The notes beneath the pieces were generated by a model. It worked only from the letters and a program-made list of their open reading frames with translations, searched no databases and was not told the DNA's origin. A stretch of 64,000 nt of DNA, from assembly GCA_937880755.1 (NCBI GenBank), contig CALGRX010000017.1, positions 26,737-90,736 of the forward strand, in the 5' to 3' direction. Position numbers and translations under genes: made by a program. The DNA comes from an uncultured Clostridia bacterium. Its GTDB lineage: Bacteria; Bacillota; Clostridia; Christensenellales; UBA3700. This document shows, piece after piece, positions 8,719 to 17,831 of the stretch; the stretch's first letter is position 1, and every line of letters begins with the position of its first letter.

Positions 8719-9146
8719 TATATATCAATTCAATAAAATTTAATCGCAGTCTTGTAGATGGCCCGGGCGTAAGAACAGTTGTATTCTTTCAAGGATGTGA
8801 TTTGCATTGTAAAGGTTGTCAAAATCCTTCTACTTGGGAAATGAAAAACGGAACGGAAATGACAACAGACGAACTTGTGACAATTCTAAAAAAAGAAGTT
8901 ATTAACAAAAAGGTTACTTTCTCAGGTGGAGAACCTTTGATGCAAGTAAATGCACTTATTGATGTAGTAAAAAAACTTGAAGGGTTTGATATTGCTGTGT
9001 ATACAGGACATGCGTTTGAAGAAGTTCCGCAAGAACTTTTAGATAATATTACTTATATTAAAACGGGTTCTTTTAAGGAAGAATTTAAGTCTACGGTAAA
9101 ACCATACGTCGGTTCTACAAATCAAGAATTTAGGAGGGTGAAATAA
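8712..9146 (+). CDS. nrdG: Anaerobic ribonucleotide reductase activating protein (radical SAM)
   Basis: GPGVRTVVFFQGCDLHCKGCQNP contains the CxxxCxxC cluster motif. Small size, and it lies immediately upstream of nrdD. Confidence 0.85.
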   Translation: MVVYINSIKFNRSLVDGPGVRTVVFFQGCDLHCKGCQNPSTWEMKNGTEMTTDELVTILKKEVINKKVTFSGGEPLMQVNALIDVVKKLEGFDIAVYTGHAFEEVPQELLDNITYIKTGSFKEEFKSTVKPYVGSTNQEFRRVK

Positions 9147-10837
9147 TGCAAAAATGTAATGAAAATGCAGCTAATCGCTATAGTTACGTTGGCGAAGTTT
9201 ATAACGTTGGCGAAAGCAAAAGAAAAGAAGAAATACTAAATAGCCTTCCTAGTGAGTGGAGCGACCTTCATAAAAAAGGTTATATTCATATACACGACCT
9301 TGACGCTTACGGACTTACTTATAATTGCCTTACCTTTAATTTATTGAAAGATTTTCCGTATGAAAGATTTAAGGACATGAGCGAGCAAAGAAAAATCCTT
9401 GCTACGTTTGAATATATTAAGAAACTGTTTGCTGATATCGGCAACGAACAGTCGGGCGGTATGGCAATCGCTAACTTTGATAACGAAATTGCTTATATTT
9501 TAGAAAATTTAGGCGTTGATTTTAACGAAGATAATAAAAACACGATTGCAAACGTTATTTACAATCTAATCGTTTGGTGTAGCGAAACGCATACCCGTAT
9601 GGGACAAACTTCTTATTACGTTTCTCTTAATATCGGTCTTGCTAAAAATGAATTTGCACGCTTTATAGCATTTACGCTTATTGATGAGTTTGAAAAAGCA
9701 GGGGATTTAATCTTTAAACCAAACATTATTTTCAAAGTTAGAGGTGGGATAAATCGTTTTGAAGAAGATAAAAACTACGATTTGCTTAAAAAATCACTGC
9801 TATGTACGGCTAAAAAGATGATACCTACTTACGTTCTTTGCGACAGCGAGCCGAATAAAAACGTTGATGCCGAAAAGCTTGCCATTATGGGTTGTAGAAC
9901 GAGAGTTGTAGCAGATTTATTTGGCGAAAATTCTTCTATTGGCCGTGGAAATATTGACAACATTTCAATCAATCTTCCTAGACTTGCTTTAGAAGTAGAT
10001 AGAGATTTTGGTAAACTTTCCGTTGATGAGAAAATCGCAAAATTCATTGATAAATGGGATAGCGTTGCCAAAATTACTAAGGATATTTTGATTGATAGAT
10101 TTAATAAGGTGTGCGCTCGTACTTCAGAAGAATTTCCTATCAATAAAAAACATCATCTTTGGATAGAAGATTTTGATGACGTTAAGAACGTTTTCCGCCA
10201 CGGAACGTTATCTCTTGGATTTATAGGTCTTTCTGAAGCGTTTGAAGTGTTGACGGGCGAAAGATATTATAACAATGCGGACGTATACGTTTCAGCGCTT
10301 GGCTTTGTTAAGCATATGCGTGATTATTGTGAGTTTTTAAGAAAAGAGTATAACCTTAATTTCTCACTTTTGGCAACGAGTGGTGAACTTATATCGGGTA
10401 GATTCATTGATATGGATAGAACGGAATTTACGCCGTCTCCTCAAATCTTTAAAAAAGAGTTTTATACAAATTCTTTCCATATTAACGTTGATAGTGATTT
10501 ATCAGCATTTAGGAAAATTCAGTTAGAAGGTCTTTTCCACGAAGTTTGCAACGGTGGCTGTATTACCTACGTTGAACTTGGCGAAGCTCCACTTGGAAAC
10601 GACGAAGGCTTACTTGAATACGTTGAACATGCTATTAAATCAGGTGTTCACTATCTTGGGTTTAATTTCCCTAAGGACGTTTGTAACGGGTGTGGCGCAA
10701 GCGGAGTTTTTGACGAATGCCCCGTTTGTAAAAGTAAAGATATTACGAGAATTCGTCGAGTTAGTGGTTATTTAGAAATTTTAGACGGATTTACCAAAGG
10801 CAAAAAGAACGAAGAAAGAAATAGGAGAGCAAACTAA
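9146..10837 (+). CDS. nrdD: Anaerobic ribonucleoside-triphosphate reductase (class III)
   Basis: C-terminal glycyl-radical motif RIRRVSGYL preceded by the zinc ribbon CNGCG...CPVCKS. TAATG coupling with nrdG. Confidence 0.85.
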   Translation: MQKCNENAANRYSYVGEVYNVGESKRKEEILNSLPSEWSDLHKKGYIHIHDLDAYGLTYNCLTFNLLKDFPYERFKDMSEQRKILATFEYIKKLFADIGNEQSGGMAIANFDNEIAYILENLGVDFNEDNKNTIANVIYNLIVWCSETHTRMGQTSYYVSLNIGLAKNEFARFIAFTLIDEFEKAGDLIFKPNIIFKVRGGINRFEEDKNYDLLKKSLLCTAKKMIPTYVLCDSEPNKNVDAEKLAIMGCRTRVVADLFGENSSIGRGNIDNISINLPRLALEVDRDFGKLSVDEKIAKFIDKWDSVAKITKDILIDRFNKVCARTSEEFPINKKHHLWIEDFDDVKNVFRHGTLSLGFIGLSEAFEVLTGERYYNNADVYVSALGFVKHMRDYCEFLRKEYNLNFSLLATSGELISGRFIDMDRTEFTPSPQIFKKEFYTNSFHINVDSDLSAFRKIQLEGLFHEVCNGGCITYVELGEAPLGNDEGLLEYVEHAIKSGVHYLGFNFPKDVCNGCGASGVFDECPVCKSKDITRIRRVSGYLEILDGFTKGKKNEERNRRAN

Positions 10838-10844
10838 GTTGGCA
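10824..10844 (+). repeat. 21-nt gene-junction repeat, copy 1 (GGAGAGCAAACTAAGTTGGCA)
   Basis: Contains an SD, the stop TAA of nrdD and the TTG start of the next gene. It recurs 553 bp downstream with one mismatch. Confidence 0.9.
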
Positions 10845-11390
10845 ACGTTTTTTACGAGTGATATACATTTTAGCGACGAACGAATAATGAAACTATGTGA
10901 TAGACCATTTTCAAACGTTAAAGAAATGGACGAATACATTGTTGATAAATGGAATAAAAAAGTTTCTGATAACGATAAGGTTTGGATTTTAGGAGATATT
11001 GTTAGCCCAGAACACTTTGATAAAGATTTACTTAATAGGCTAAATGGTAAAATATATCTAATTTTAGGTAATCACGATTATCCTGTAAGAGAATTAATTG
11101 CGAGCGAAACAAAGATAGAACTTTGCGCTGAAAATGCCTTGTATTATGATAATAACATTGTTATGTTTCATTATCCAATTATGGATTGGAATGGTAGGGA
11201 TGTCGGAACTATTCACTTATATGGTCACGTTCATAATAAAAAAATTGCAGGGATGAAAGAATATTATGCAGATAAACTTGCATTTAACGTTTGTATGGAC
11301 GTAAACGATTTTGAGCCAAAAACGCTTGATGAATTAATAGAAAAAGAAGGCAAAAAAGATTTGATTAAAAAAATTGGGAGGGCAAACTAA
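10839..11390 (+). CDS. Calcineurin-like metallophosphoesterase
   Basis: FFTSDIHFSD, ILGDIVS, LGNHD and GHVH are metallophosphatase motifs. TTG start with an SD 9 nt upstream. Confidence 0.7.
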   Translation: MATFFTSDIHFSDERIMKLCDRPFSNVKEMDEYIVDKWNKKVSDNDKVWILGDIVSPEHFDKDLLNRLNGKIYLILGNHDYPVRELIASETKIELCAENALYYDNNIVMFHYPIMDWNGRDVGTIHLYGHVHNKKIAGMKEYYADKLAFNVCMDVNDFEPKTLDELIEKEGKKDLIKKIGRAN

Positions 11391-11397
11391 GTTGGCA
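11377..11397 (+). repeat. 21-nt gene-junction repeat, copy 2 (GGAGGGCAAACTAAGTTGGCA)
   Basis: Same SD-stop-TTG arrangement as copy 1. Together the two copies exactly flank the phosphoesterase gene. Confidence 0.9.
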
Positions 11398-11967
11398 CAT
11401 ATTGCTATTGAAGGAATGGACGGTGTTGGTAAAACTACGACTTGTAAATTATTAGCAGAGCGTCTTGGATATAAATTTATAGAAAAAAACTTACGTTTTT
11501 TGTTCGACGAAAACGACGAGTTTGATAACTATTTCAAAATTCGTGATAAGGTAAATGCTAATCCCGATAGATTGTTTACTTCGTGGTTTTATGGGCTTGG
11601 AAATATTTATCTTTACACGATGTTTAAGGACGAAAATATTATTACCGATAGACATTTCCTTTCTAACTATGCTTGGAGCGGAACGGACGATAATACCGAA
11701 GTTTATGATTTGCTTGTCAAAAAACTTGGATTTCCCGATTTAACGGTTATTTTATACGCTGATGAAACGGCAATATTTAATCGTTTAAGAAGTCGCGATG
11801 AACACGATAGCGACCTTGACAAAGTAAAAAAAGCAAAAGAGAAGTACGAAAAAATGGTTTTCTTCTGCGAAAAATATAAAATGCCGTACATGGTTGTGGA
11901 TACGAGCAATCTTACTCCCGACCAAACGGTAGAACTCATTATGAAACGTATAGAAGGTAGAGCGTAA
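11392..11967 (+). CDS. Thymidylate/deoxynucleotide kinase-like P-loop kinase (element-encoded)
   Basis: P-loop IAIEGMDGVGKTT at the N-terminus and a lid-like NRLRSRDEHD. The TTG 11392 start mirrors the upstream junction. The track start 11374 lies inside the SD. Confidence 0.65.
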   Translation: MAHIAIEGMDGVGKTTTCKLLAERLGYKFIEKNLRFLFDENDEFDNYFKIRDKVNANPDRLFTSWFYGLGNIYLYTMFKDENIITDRHFLSNYAWSGTDDNTEVYDLLVKKLGFPDLTVILYADETAIFNRLRSRDEHDSDLDKVKKAKEKYEKMVFFCEKYKMPYMVVDTSNLTPDQTVELIMKRIEGRA

Positions 11968-13631
11968 TGGCTATTAGTATGGATATGAAATACACCGCTT
12001 TATATTGGGCGCTTCGTTTTGTTGAAAACGAACTTGACGTTCACGTTAAAGATTATAGCGGTTATAAAATTATCATTGATGCCGAAAAGCAGTCGGTAAA
12101 CTATGGCGATAAAATCAGAGTGCTTGGTAAAGAGTTAAACTTTTTGAAAAGGCACAAAGATTTTGTTGTTTTAGAGTGCGTTGATAGGTTGCTACTTAAA
12201 GGCTTTAAGCCTACTGATATCGTTTTAGACGGCAGGGCAAATTGTCCTGATATTGTTCTTAATGGCAATATCGAAATTTACTGCGAACAGTGGGGTAAGG
12301 ATTATTTATCGGCTACAAAAACTTTTAATCCCGATAAGAACAACGTTGTTTTATATACGTCAAGACTCGTTAGTGGGCTTTTGGAATATAAAAACATTAT
12401 CAAAGTAGATAACGAGGCGTATAATTATGGTTTATTTGAGCCAAGCGTGCCTTTATATTCGATAATTCCGCAAAAAGCAAAAGAAGTCGTTATCGAGCAA
12501 ACAGCAGATATTGACGACTATGAAATTTTTGAAGATGAACTTATAACGTATAGGGGGAAATCAAAAGTAGTAAAACTTCCCGAAGGGATTACTACCATTG
12601 GTGCAAGCGCATTTTGGAATAATACGTTCGTAGAAGAAATTATTTTGCCAAAGTCGTTAAAAAGGCTTGGCGGTGATTGTTTTTATTACTGTACAAATCT
12701 AAAAAAAGTTAATATTCCAAGCGAAGTCTGGATTATGGGTAATAACCCTTTCGCAGGATGCCCAAGTCTTGAAATTATAAATGAAAGCCCGTATTTTGTT
12801 TTAGAAAACGGTGTTTTATATAATCAAGATAAAACCAATTTAATTCATTATACGATAAGCAAAACGGATAAAAAATTTATCGTTCCCAATGGCGTTACTT
12901 GTCTTGGTAAACATTGTTTCTTCGCTTGCGATAATTTAGAGAAAATCGTTGTTCCCGAAAGTGTTATTCGCTTTGAAAACAACCCGTTTTCAGGTTGTAC
13001 AAGGTTAAGTGTTGACAATAAAAGCCCATATTATCATTTTGGAAATGGTGTTATTTATAACAAATTCAAAACGACAATTATCGGCTGTTTGAACGGCAGT
13101 CAAATTGATAGGCTTGTAATTCCTGAAACCGTTACCCTTATTAGCCGAAATTCGTTTTGGAATTGTAAGGGCGTTAAAAATATCGTAATTACTAAAAACG
13201 TAGATAGAATCGGATATAATCCGTTTGCGGGTGCAGAAAATCTTTTATTAGAGAGCGAGAGTCCATTATTTATAGCCGAAAATGGTATCATTTATGACAA
13301 AGATAAAACACATATGCTTTGCGCTACAAACCGTGCGGTTGGCAAAACGTTCAAAGTTCCCGATAGCGTAACTCACATAAATCGCGGAGTGTTTAGTGGT
13401 TGTAAAGATTTGGAGCAAATTGACTTTAACGGTGTTACCTATATTGATAAAAGTTCTTTTACAAACTGCACGTCGCTAAAAGAAGTTTATATCCCCGATA
13501 GCGTTACGTATGTAGGGGAATGGGTGTTCTCTTATTGTAAAAACTTAAAAATGATAAGCATTAATAAAAACACGTTTGTAGATAAAAATGCTTTTAACGA
13601 GTGCCCGGCAGAAATTATTTGGAGAGATTAA
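11967..13631 (+). CDS. Cytoplasmic BspA-type leucine-rich-repeat protein with a unique ~190-aa N-terminal domain
   Basis: At least 11 repeats of the type IP.SVT.IG..AF..C..L, in three blocks separated by SPYFVLENGVLYNQDKT-like linkers. No signal peptide or TM segment. Confidence 0.7.
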   Translation: MAISMDMKYTALYWALRFVENELDVHVKDYSGYKIIIDAEKQSVNYGDKIRVLGKELNFLKRHKDFVVLECVDRLLLKGFKPTDIVLDGRANCPDIVLNGNIEIYCEQWGKDYLSATKTFNPDKNNVVLYTSRLVSGLLEYKNIIKVDNEAYNYGLFEPSVPLYSIIPQKAKEVVIEQTADIDDYEIFEDELITYRGKSKVVKLPEGITTIGASAFWNNTFVEEIILPKSLKRLGGDCFYYCTNLKKVNIPSEVWIMGNNPFAGCPSLEIINESPYFVLENGVLYNQDKTNLIHYTISKTDKKFIVPNGVTCLGKHCFFACDNLEKIVVPESVIRFENNPFSGCTRLSVDNKSPYYHFGNGVIYNKFKTTIIGCLNGSQIDRLVIPETVTLISRNSFWNCKGVKNIVITKNVDRIGYNPFAGAENLLLESESPLFIAENGIIYDKDKTHMLCATNRAVGKTFKVPDSVTHINRGVFSGCKDLEQIDFNGVTYIDKSSFTNCTSLKEVYIPDSVTYVGEWVFSYCKNLKMISINKNTFVDKNAFNECPAEIIWRD

Positions 13632-13632
13632 A

Positions 13633-14466
13633 TTGAAAAATCTAATTATTGAAAGTGATAACTTAATAGCAATGCAAAATTTGTTACCTGCATACGAAGG
13701 GAAAATCGACGTTATGCCGATTGACCCACCTTACAATACCGAGATAGATTATATCGAGTATAAGGACGGGAATTACGATAACGGGTGGATTAACTTTATG
13801 CAAGCGCGTTTAGAAGTAGCATATAAATTGCTATCTAAAAACGGTGTTATGTTTATCCATATAGACGAAAACGAATTGCTTTCACTTACGATGCTTTGCT
13901 CTAAGATATTCGGTGCGAAAAATATTCTTACTATGGTTTGGAAAAAGACAAATGAAAGATTTGACAAAAACCGTAAAGAGAAACCTTTAGAAAGTGGTAT
14001 TCGTAGAACGCACGAATACGTTTTGCTTTGTTTTAAGGATAGAGAACGTACGACCTTAAATTCTATTAAACAACCTGTTTGGAACGGCAAAGAATACGAA
14101 GAAAAAGAAAAGTCACTTGAGACGGTTATAGACGATTTAGGAACGACTTCTTCTGCAAAAGATGAACTTACTTGTCTTTTAGGCGATAGAAGCATTTTCT
14201 CAACACCAAAACCCGTAAAACTTATAAAAGAATTTGTTAGAGCGGGAAGCAATAAAAACTCTATTATCCTTGACTTTTTTGCAGGTAGTGGAACGACTGG
14301 ACACGCCGTTATGGACTTAAATAAAGAAGATGATGGCAATAGAAGGTTTATTCTTATAACGAATAACGAAAGCAATATTTGTAGAAAGGTTACAATTCCG
14401 AGGATTCAAAAAGCGATTGATAAGTTTGAATATAAAGAAGATTTAGAAATAGTATTATCGGAGTAG
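13633..14466 (+). CDS. DNA methyltransferase (N6-adenine/N4-cytosine, beta-class order), orphan
   Basis: DPPY at 13723-13734 precedes the SAM motif FFAGSGTTGHA near the C-terminus. TTG 13633 has GGAGAG upstream, 1 nt after the LRR gene stop. Confidence 0.8.
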   Translation: MKNLIIESDNLIAMQNLLPAYEGKIDVMPIDPPYNTEIDYIEYKDGNYDNGWINFMQARLEVAYKLLSKNGVMFIHIDENELLSLTMLCSKIFGAKNILTMVWKKTNERFDKNRKEKPLESGIRRTHEYVLLCFKDRERTTLNSIKQPVWNGKEYEEKEKSLETVIDDLGTTSSAKDELTCLLGDRSIFSTPKPVKLIKEFVRAGSNKNSIILDFFAGSGTTGHAVMDLNKEDDGNRRFILITNNESNICRKVTIPRIQKAIDKFEYKEDLEIVLSE

Positions 14467-14470
14467 CGTT

Positions 14471-14794
14471 ATGGCGATAAAAGAAATCAACGTGGAAAAC
14501 GGTTTTACTAGCGATGAGGCGCTCGCTTACGTTAAACAAGTCTTATCTAATAGTAAAAAGGCTTGTATTTACATTATTCACGGCTACGGCAGTAGTGGAA
14601 AAGGTGGCGTTATTCGTCAAAAAGTCAGAAGTTTTCTAAATGCTCAATTGAAAAATGGCAAAATAAAAGCCGTAATTAACGGCGAAGATTTTAACGTGTT
14701 CAATTTTAAGGCGTTAGAACTCAAAAATAAATATAAAGAGTTAGAGCAACTTTTTAGAGTTTGCAATCACGGTGTTACAGTGGTTGAAGTGTAG
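14471..14794 (+). CDS. Smr (small MutS-related) domain protein
   Basis: IYIIHGYGSSGKGGVIRQKVRSFL matches the Smr core (IHGkG...l...v..wL). Confidence 0.55.
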   Translation: MAIKEINVENGFTSDEALAYVKQVLSNSKKACIYIIHGYGSSGKGGVIRQKVRSFLNAQLKNGKIKAVINGEDFNVFNFKALELKNKYKELEQLFRVCNHGVTVVEV

Positions 14795-14811
14795 AAGGAA
14801 AAATTAAACTA

Positions 14812-15990
14812 ATGAAGTATTGTTTTTTTGATATAGAGTGCGCAAATTGCTTTAAGGACAATAATGGTGTTTCTCGTGGTAAGATTTGCGAGTTTGGATA
14901 TTTAATTACGGATGAGAATTTTAATAAAATTGAATCTGCTGAATATATAATTAATCCCAAGGCACCTTTTGATGAATACGTGTTGAACAATATGTTGGCG
15001 TATCCTAAACAAGTATATTTATCAGCGCAAGATTATAACACTTTCTATGATAAGATTAAACGTATATTTGAGCTTGATGAGATAATATTTATTGGACATA
15101 CGATAGATGCTGACGCTAAATATTTAAATGACGAGGCGTTACGATATAAAAAACCTTATTTTAATTATAAGTTTTATGATGCAAAGTATATGTATTCCGA
15201 TTATTCAAACATCAAAAAAAGTGTTGGTTTGGAAAAAATAAGTCAGACATTTGGAAATAAAACACGTCATCATGAACATCGTGCAGAAGATGATGCTTTT
15301 ACAACAATGCTTATAGTAAAAGAGATGTGCGAAAAATTAGATATGGATTTAATGTCACTTATAGAGCTTTCTGAAGATTGTGCAGGACAAACGATAGATG
15401 GTAAAATTACAACCGTAGCGAGAGAAAAAGCACAAGCTAGAAGGGAAGAATGTGAAAGAAACGGAACAGACCATTCTAATAGTTTATATAGCGATAATTA
15501 CATTAAATTTATGCAGTTCTTAGATGGTGTAAAAAGACAAGGAGAAATTATCCCTAGTGTGTTAAATGGAAAAAGTTTGACTATTACACTTAATTATCAA
15601 AACGTGCATTATAAAGAAATGCTTGCGCTTATTCAATTGTTGAAAAATCACGATTGCATATACAAATTAAAAGCTTCGGAATGCGATTATATGGTAACCA
15701 AAGTTGTTCTAAACGACGACGGAAGTGAAAGAACATGTTCAAAATTGAAATATGTAAATCAAGCGATAGAAAATGGTAAGAAAATTAATATAATAACGTT
15801 TGAAGAGCTGTTAGAGATATTAAAAGTGACGGACAAAGAATTAACTCAGATGCCATTCCCGGATGAGAGCTGTTTTCTTAAAAAGAGGAAAGAGAACAAT
15901 CTAAAAAAAGAAAAAATAAGGTATTCAAGTGTAGAAGATTCTACTACGACGATAGGAGATATCTTAAAAGCAAAAGGAATAACAATTTAA
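14812..15990 (+). CDS. DEDDh 3'-5' exonuclease (DnaQ-like) with a BRCT-like C-terminal domain
   Basis: ExoI FFDIECAN, ExoII IGHTIDADAKYL, ExoIII HRAEDDA. The C-terminal GKSLTITL...MVTKVV resembles a BRCT domain. Confidence 0.7.
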   Translation: MKYCFFDIECANCFKDNNGVSRGKICEFGYLITDENFNKIESAEYIINPKAPFDEYVLNNMLAYPKQVYLSAQDYNTFYDKIKRIFELDEIIFIGHTIDADAKYLNDEALRYKKPYFNYKFYDAKYMYSDYSNIKKSVGLEKISQTFGNKTRHHEHRAEDDAFTTMLIVKEMCEKLDMDLMSLIELSEDCAGQTIDGKITTVAREKAQARREECERNGTDHSNSLYSDNYIKFMQFLDGVKRQGEIIPSVLNGKSLTITLNYQNVHYKEMLALIQLLKNHDCIYKLKASECDYMVTKVVLNDDGSERTCSKLKYVNQAIENGKKINIITFEELLEILKVTDKELTQMPFPDESCFLKKRKENNLKKEKIRYSSVEDSTTTIGDILKAKGITI

Positions 15991-16005
15991 TAAAATTCAA
16001 CAATT

Positions 16006-16042
16006 AAGACTCTGTGCAAGGTTATCTTGTGCAGAGTCTTTT
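16006..16042 (+). terminator. Rho-independent terminator ending the long 8287-15990 transcription unit
   Basis: 15-bp stem AAGACTCTGTGCAAG / CTTGTGCAGAGTCTT (two G-U pairs), 5-nt loop, then a T-tract. Confidence 0.75.
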
Positions 16043-16100
16043 AATGCTTTCATTCCGTGGTGGATGAGAGAAAAACTTTAATAAATTTTAGCAAAGTGTA

Positions 16101-16132
16101 GCCCACTATACTTCGAGAATCGAAGTGTGGGC
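16101..16132 (+). other. Candidate oriT (imperfect inverted repeat next to a GTGTG motif upstream of the relaxase)
   Basis: GCCCAC-TAT-ACTTCGA GAA TCGAAGT-GTGGGC. MobV-family oriTs are inverted repeats adjacent to a GTGTG-type nick region. Assigned from position and shape only. Confidence 0.4.
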
Positions 16133-16180
16133 TCTGCGAGGCTAAATAAAGACTATAAAATAACAAGGAGGAAAACGAAA

Positions 16181-17209
16181 ATATCATATTTAGTATGCCA
16201 TATGGAGAAATACCATAAACAAGAAGTTTCGCCCGTTGAAGAAGAAAACGAACGCGACGAAACCTTTGAAGCGGACAATCCGCAAATAGATAGCGAAAGA
16301 ACGAAAAACAATTATCATATGAACTCTAACGCCTTTGGTGGTTATACTGAGTTCATTAACAAACGGTTAAAAGAATTAGGGCTTAAACCACGAAAAGATG
16401 CTGTTGTTATGAACTCTTTCGTGGTAGGCTCGGATAAGGCGTTTTTAGATAGTTTGCCTAAAATGCAACAATACAGTTTCTTTTCAGATTGCGCCAAGTT
16501 CTTTGAGAAGAGATATGGGGAAGAAAACGTAATATCGGCGGTTGTGCATTTAGACGAAACGACTCCGCATATGCACTTAAATCTTATTCCAATCACTCCA
16601 GATAGAAGACTTTGTAGCAAGGACTTATTTGATAAGCCGAAACTACAACAACTTCAAACGGACTTTTACGAAGCAGTCGGAAAGAAATACGGGCTGCAAC
16701 GTGGCAAAGAAGGAAGCCAAGCAAAACATCTATCAACAGCCGAATACAAAGCGAAAAAGATTATAGAAGAAGCGGAAGAAATTCGACGTGAAAATCAGGT
16801 GTATGCCGATGCTTTGGAAGAAGCCAAAAACAGAGCGATATCCAAAAAGCGTGGGAAACTGCAAGAACAAGTTGTAGCGTTAACGGTTGCCAATAAAGAC
16901 TTAACCGAGCGCCTTGACCGTTCTATGCAAGATACGCTTGATGTGGTAAAGGAAAACGGTAAACTCAAAGCGGAGAAAGATAAAGATGTCAAATACGCTC
17001 AAGTTGGTAAATACATAGCAAGCAATGCACCTAATTTATGTAGAAGTATATTAAATGGGGCAAGTGCTGTTAAGGTATTCTTTTCTGCAGTAGAAGATTT
17101 ATGTAAACCAAGTGTTACGTCGCAAGTTCCCCGACTTCAAGAAATAGAAGCGGAGATTGAAGAAGAACGTGTAAAACACGAACGTAAAAATAGAAATTAT
17201 AAATATTAG
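16181..17209 (+). CDS. MobV-family (Mob_Pre) plasmid mobilisation relaxase
   Basis: HLDETTPHMHLNLIPIT is the HxDE..PHxH relaxase motif. The conserved N-terminus SYLVCHMEK begins at ATA 16181, 9 nt after AGGAGG. Alternative starts are ATG 16202 and GTG 16127. Confidence 0.8.
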   Translation: MSYLVCHMEKYHKQEVSPVEEENERDETFEADNPQIDSERTKNNYHMNSNAFGGYTEFINKRLKELGLKPRKDAVVMNSFVVGSDKAFLDSLPKMQQYSFFSDCAKFFEKRYGEENVISAVVHLDETTPHMHLNLIPITPDRRLCSKDLFDKPKLQQLQTDFYEAVGKKYGLQRGKEGSQAKHLSTAEYKAKKIIEEAEEIRRENQVYADALEEAKNRAISKKRGKLQEQVVALTVANKDLTERLDRSMQDTLDVVKENGKLKAEKDKDVKYAQVGKYIASNAPNLCRSILNGASAVKVFFSAVEDLCKPSVTSQVPRLQEIEAEIEEERVKHERKNRNYKY

Positions 17210-17261
17210 GAGGTTATATATGAATAGGCAAAACAAATTTCTCGTAAAGGTATAAAACAGC

Positions 17262-17290
17262 TTGACTATCTCGTGATAGCACGGTATAAT
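17262..17290 (+). promoter_or_regulatory. Consensus-like sigma-A promoter for the small ORF / recombinase unit
   Basis: TTGACT, 17-nt spacer, TATAAT. The spacer contains the palindrome CTATCTCGTGATAG. Confidence 0.6.
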
Positions 17291-17321
17291 AGAGGCAAGA
17301 AAAACTTTTAGGAGTGAAAAA

Positions 17322-17540
17322 ATGGAAAAACAATTAACGCCAAAACAAAAGGCAAGACAAAAGTATGAAATCATACATAAGGAAGAGCGTGAAAAAGCAA
17401 CGAAGCAATTTAACACGAGGCTTCCCGTCAAAGAATATGACGAAATTACAGCGTTTCTTAAAAAGAAAAGAATTCCAAAGGTGGATTTGATTAGAATGGG
17501 ATATCAAAGACTTTTGGAAGAGTTTAAGGAAAGCAAATAA
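17322..17540 (+). CDS. Small basic hypothetical protein (72 aa) between relaxase and recombinase
   Basis: AGGAG SD before ATG 17322. Lys/Glu-rich and helical in character. I recognise no family. Confidence 0.5.
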   Translation: MEKQLTPKQKARQKYEIIHKEEREKATKQFNTRLPVKEYDEITAFLKKKRIPKVDLIRMGYQRLLEEFKESK

Positions 17541-17831
17541 CAGCGGAACGCATTATGCGCTTAACACACCCGTAATGGTCGGGAATTGATAAGGAGAAAA
17601 TATTGTAAGGGGAATCCGTATTTATCTTTCCGTTAAAAGTGCGGATAACAAACCCTAAAAATAAAAAATGATAAGGAGAATTGGAGCAACAAAATAATGT
17701 AAACAAAAAAGAAAATACAAAAAGGGAAAATGATGAAAATTTTAACGCGTTTATCAAAGTATTGGCGCGTTTAGTACAAAAATATGGTCCAACGGTGTTG
17801 GAAGAAATAAAAAAGGAAGAGGAGGGACAAT

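Noticed and set aside
16127-16180. GTG 16127 as the start of the relaxase (track coordinates)
   Set aside because: It lies inside the oriT-like inverted repeat and has no SD. The conserved MobV N-terminus starts at 16181, 9 nt after AGGAGG.
17213-17256. 11-codon ORF (MNRQNKFLVKV) 7 nt after an AGGAGG that overlaps the relaxase stop
   Set aside because: It is too short to evaluate, and the SD may be fortuitous.
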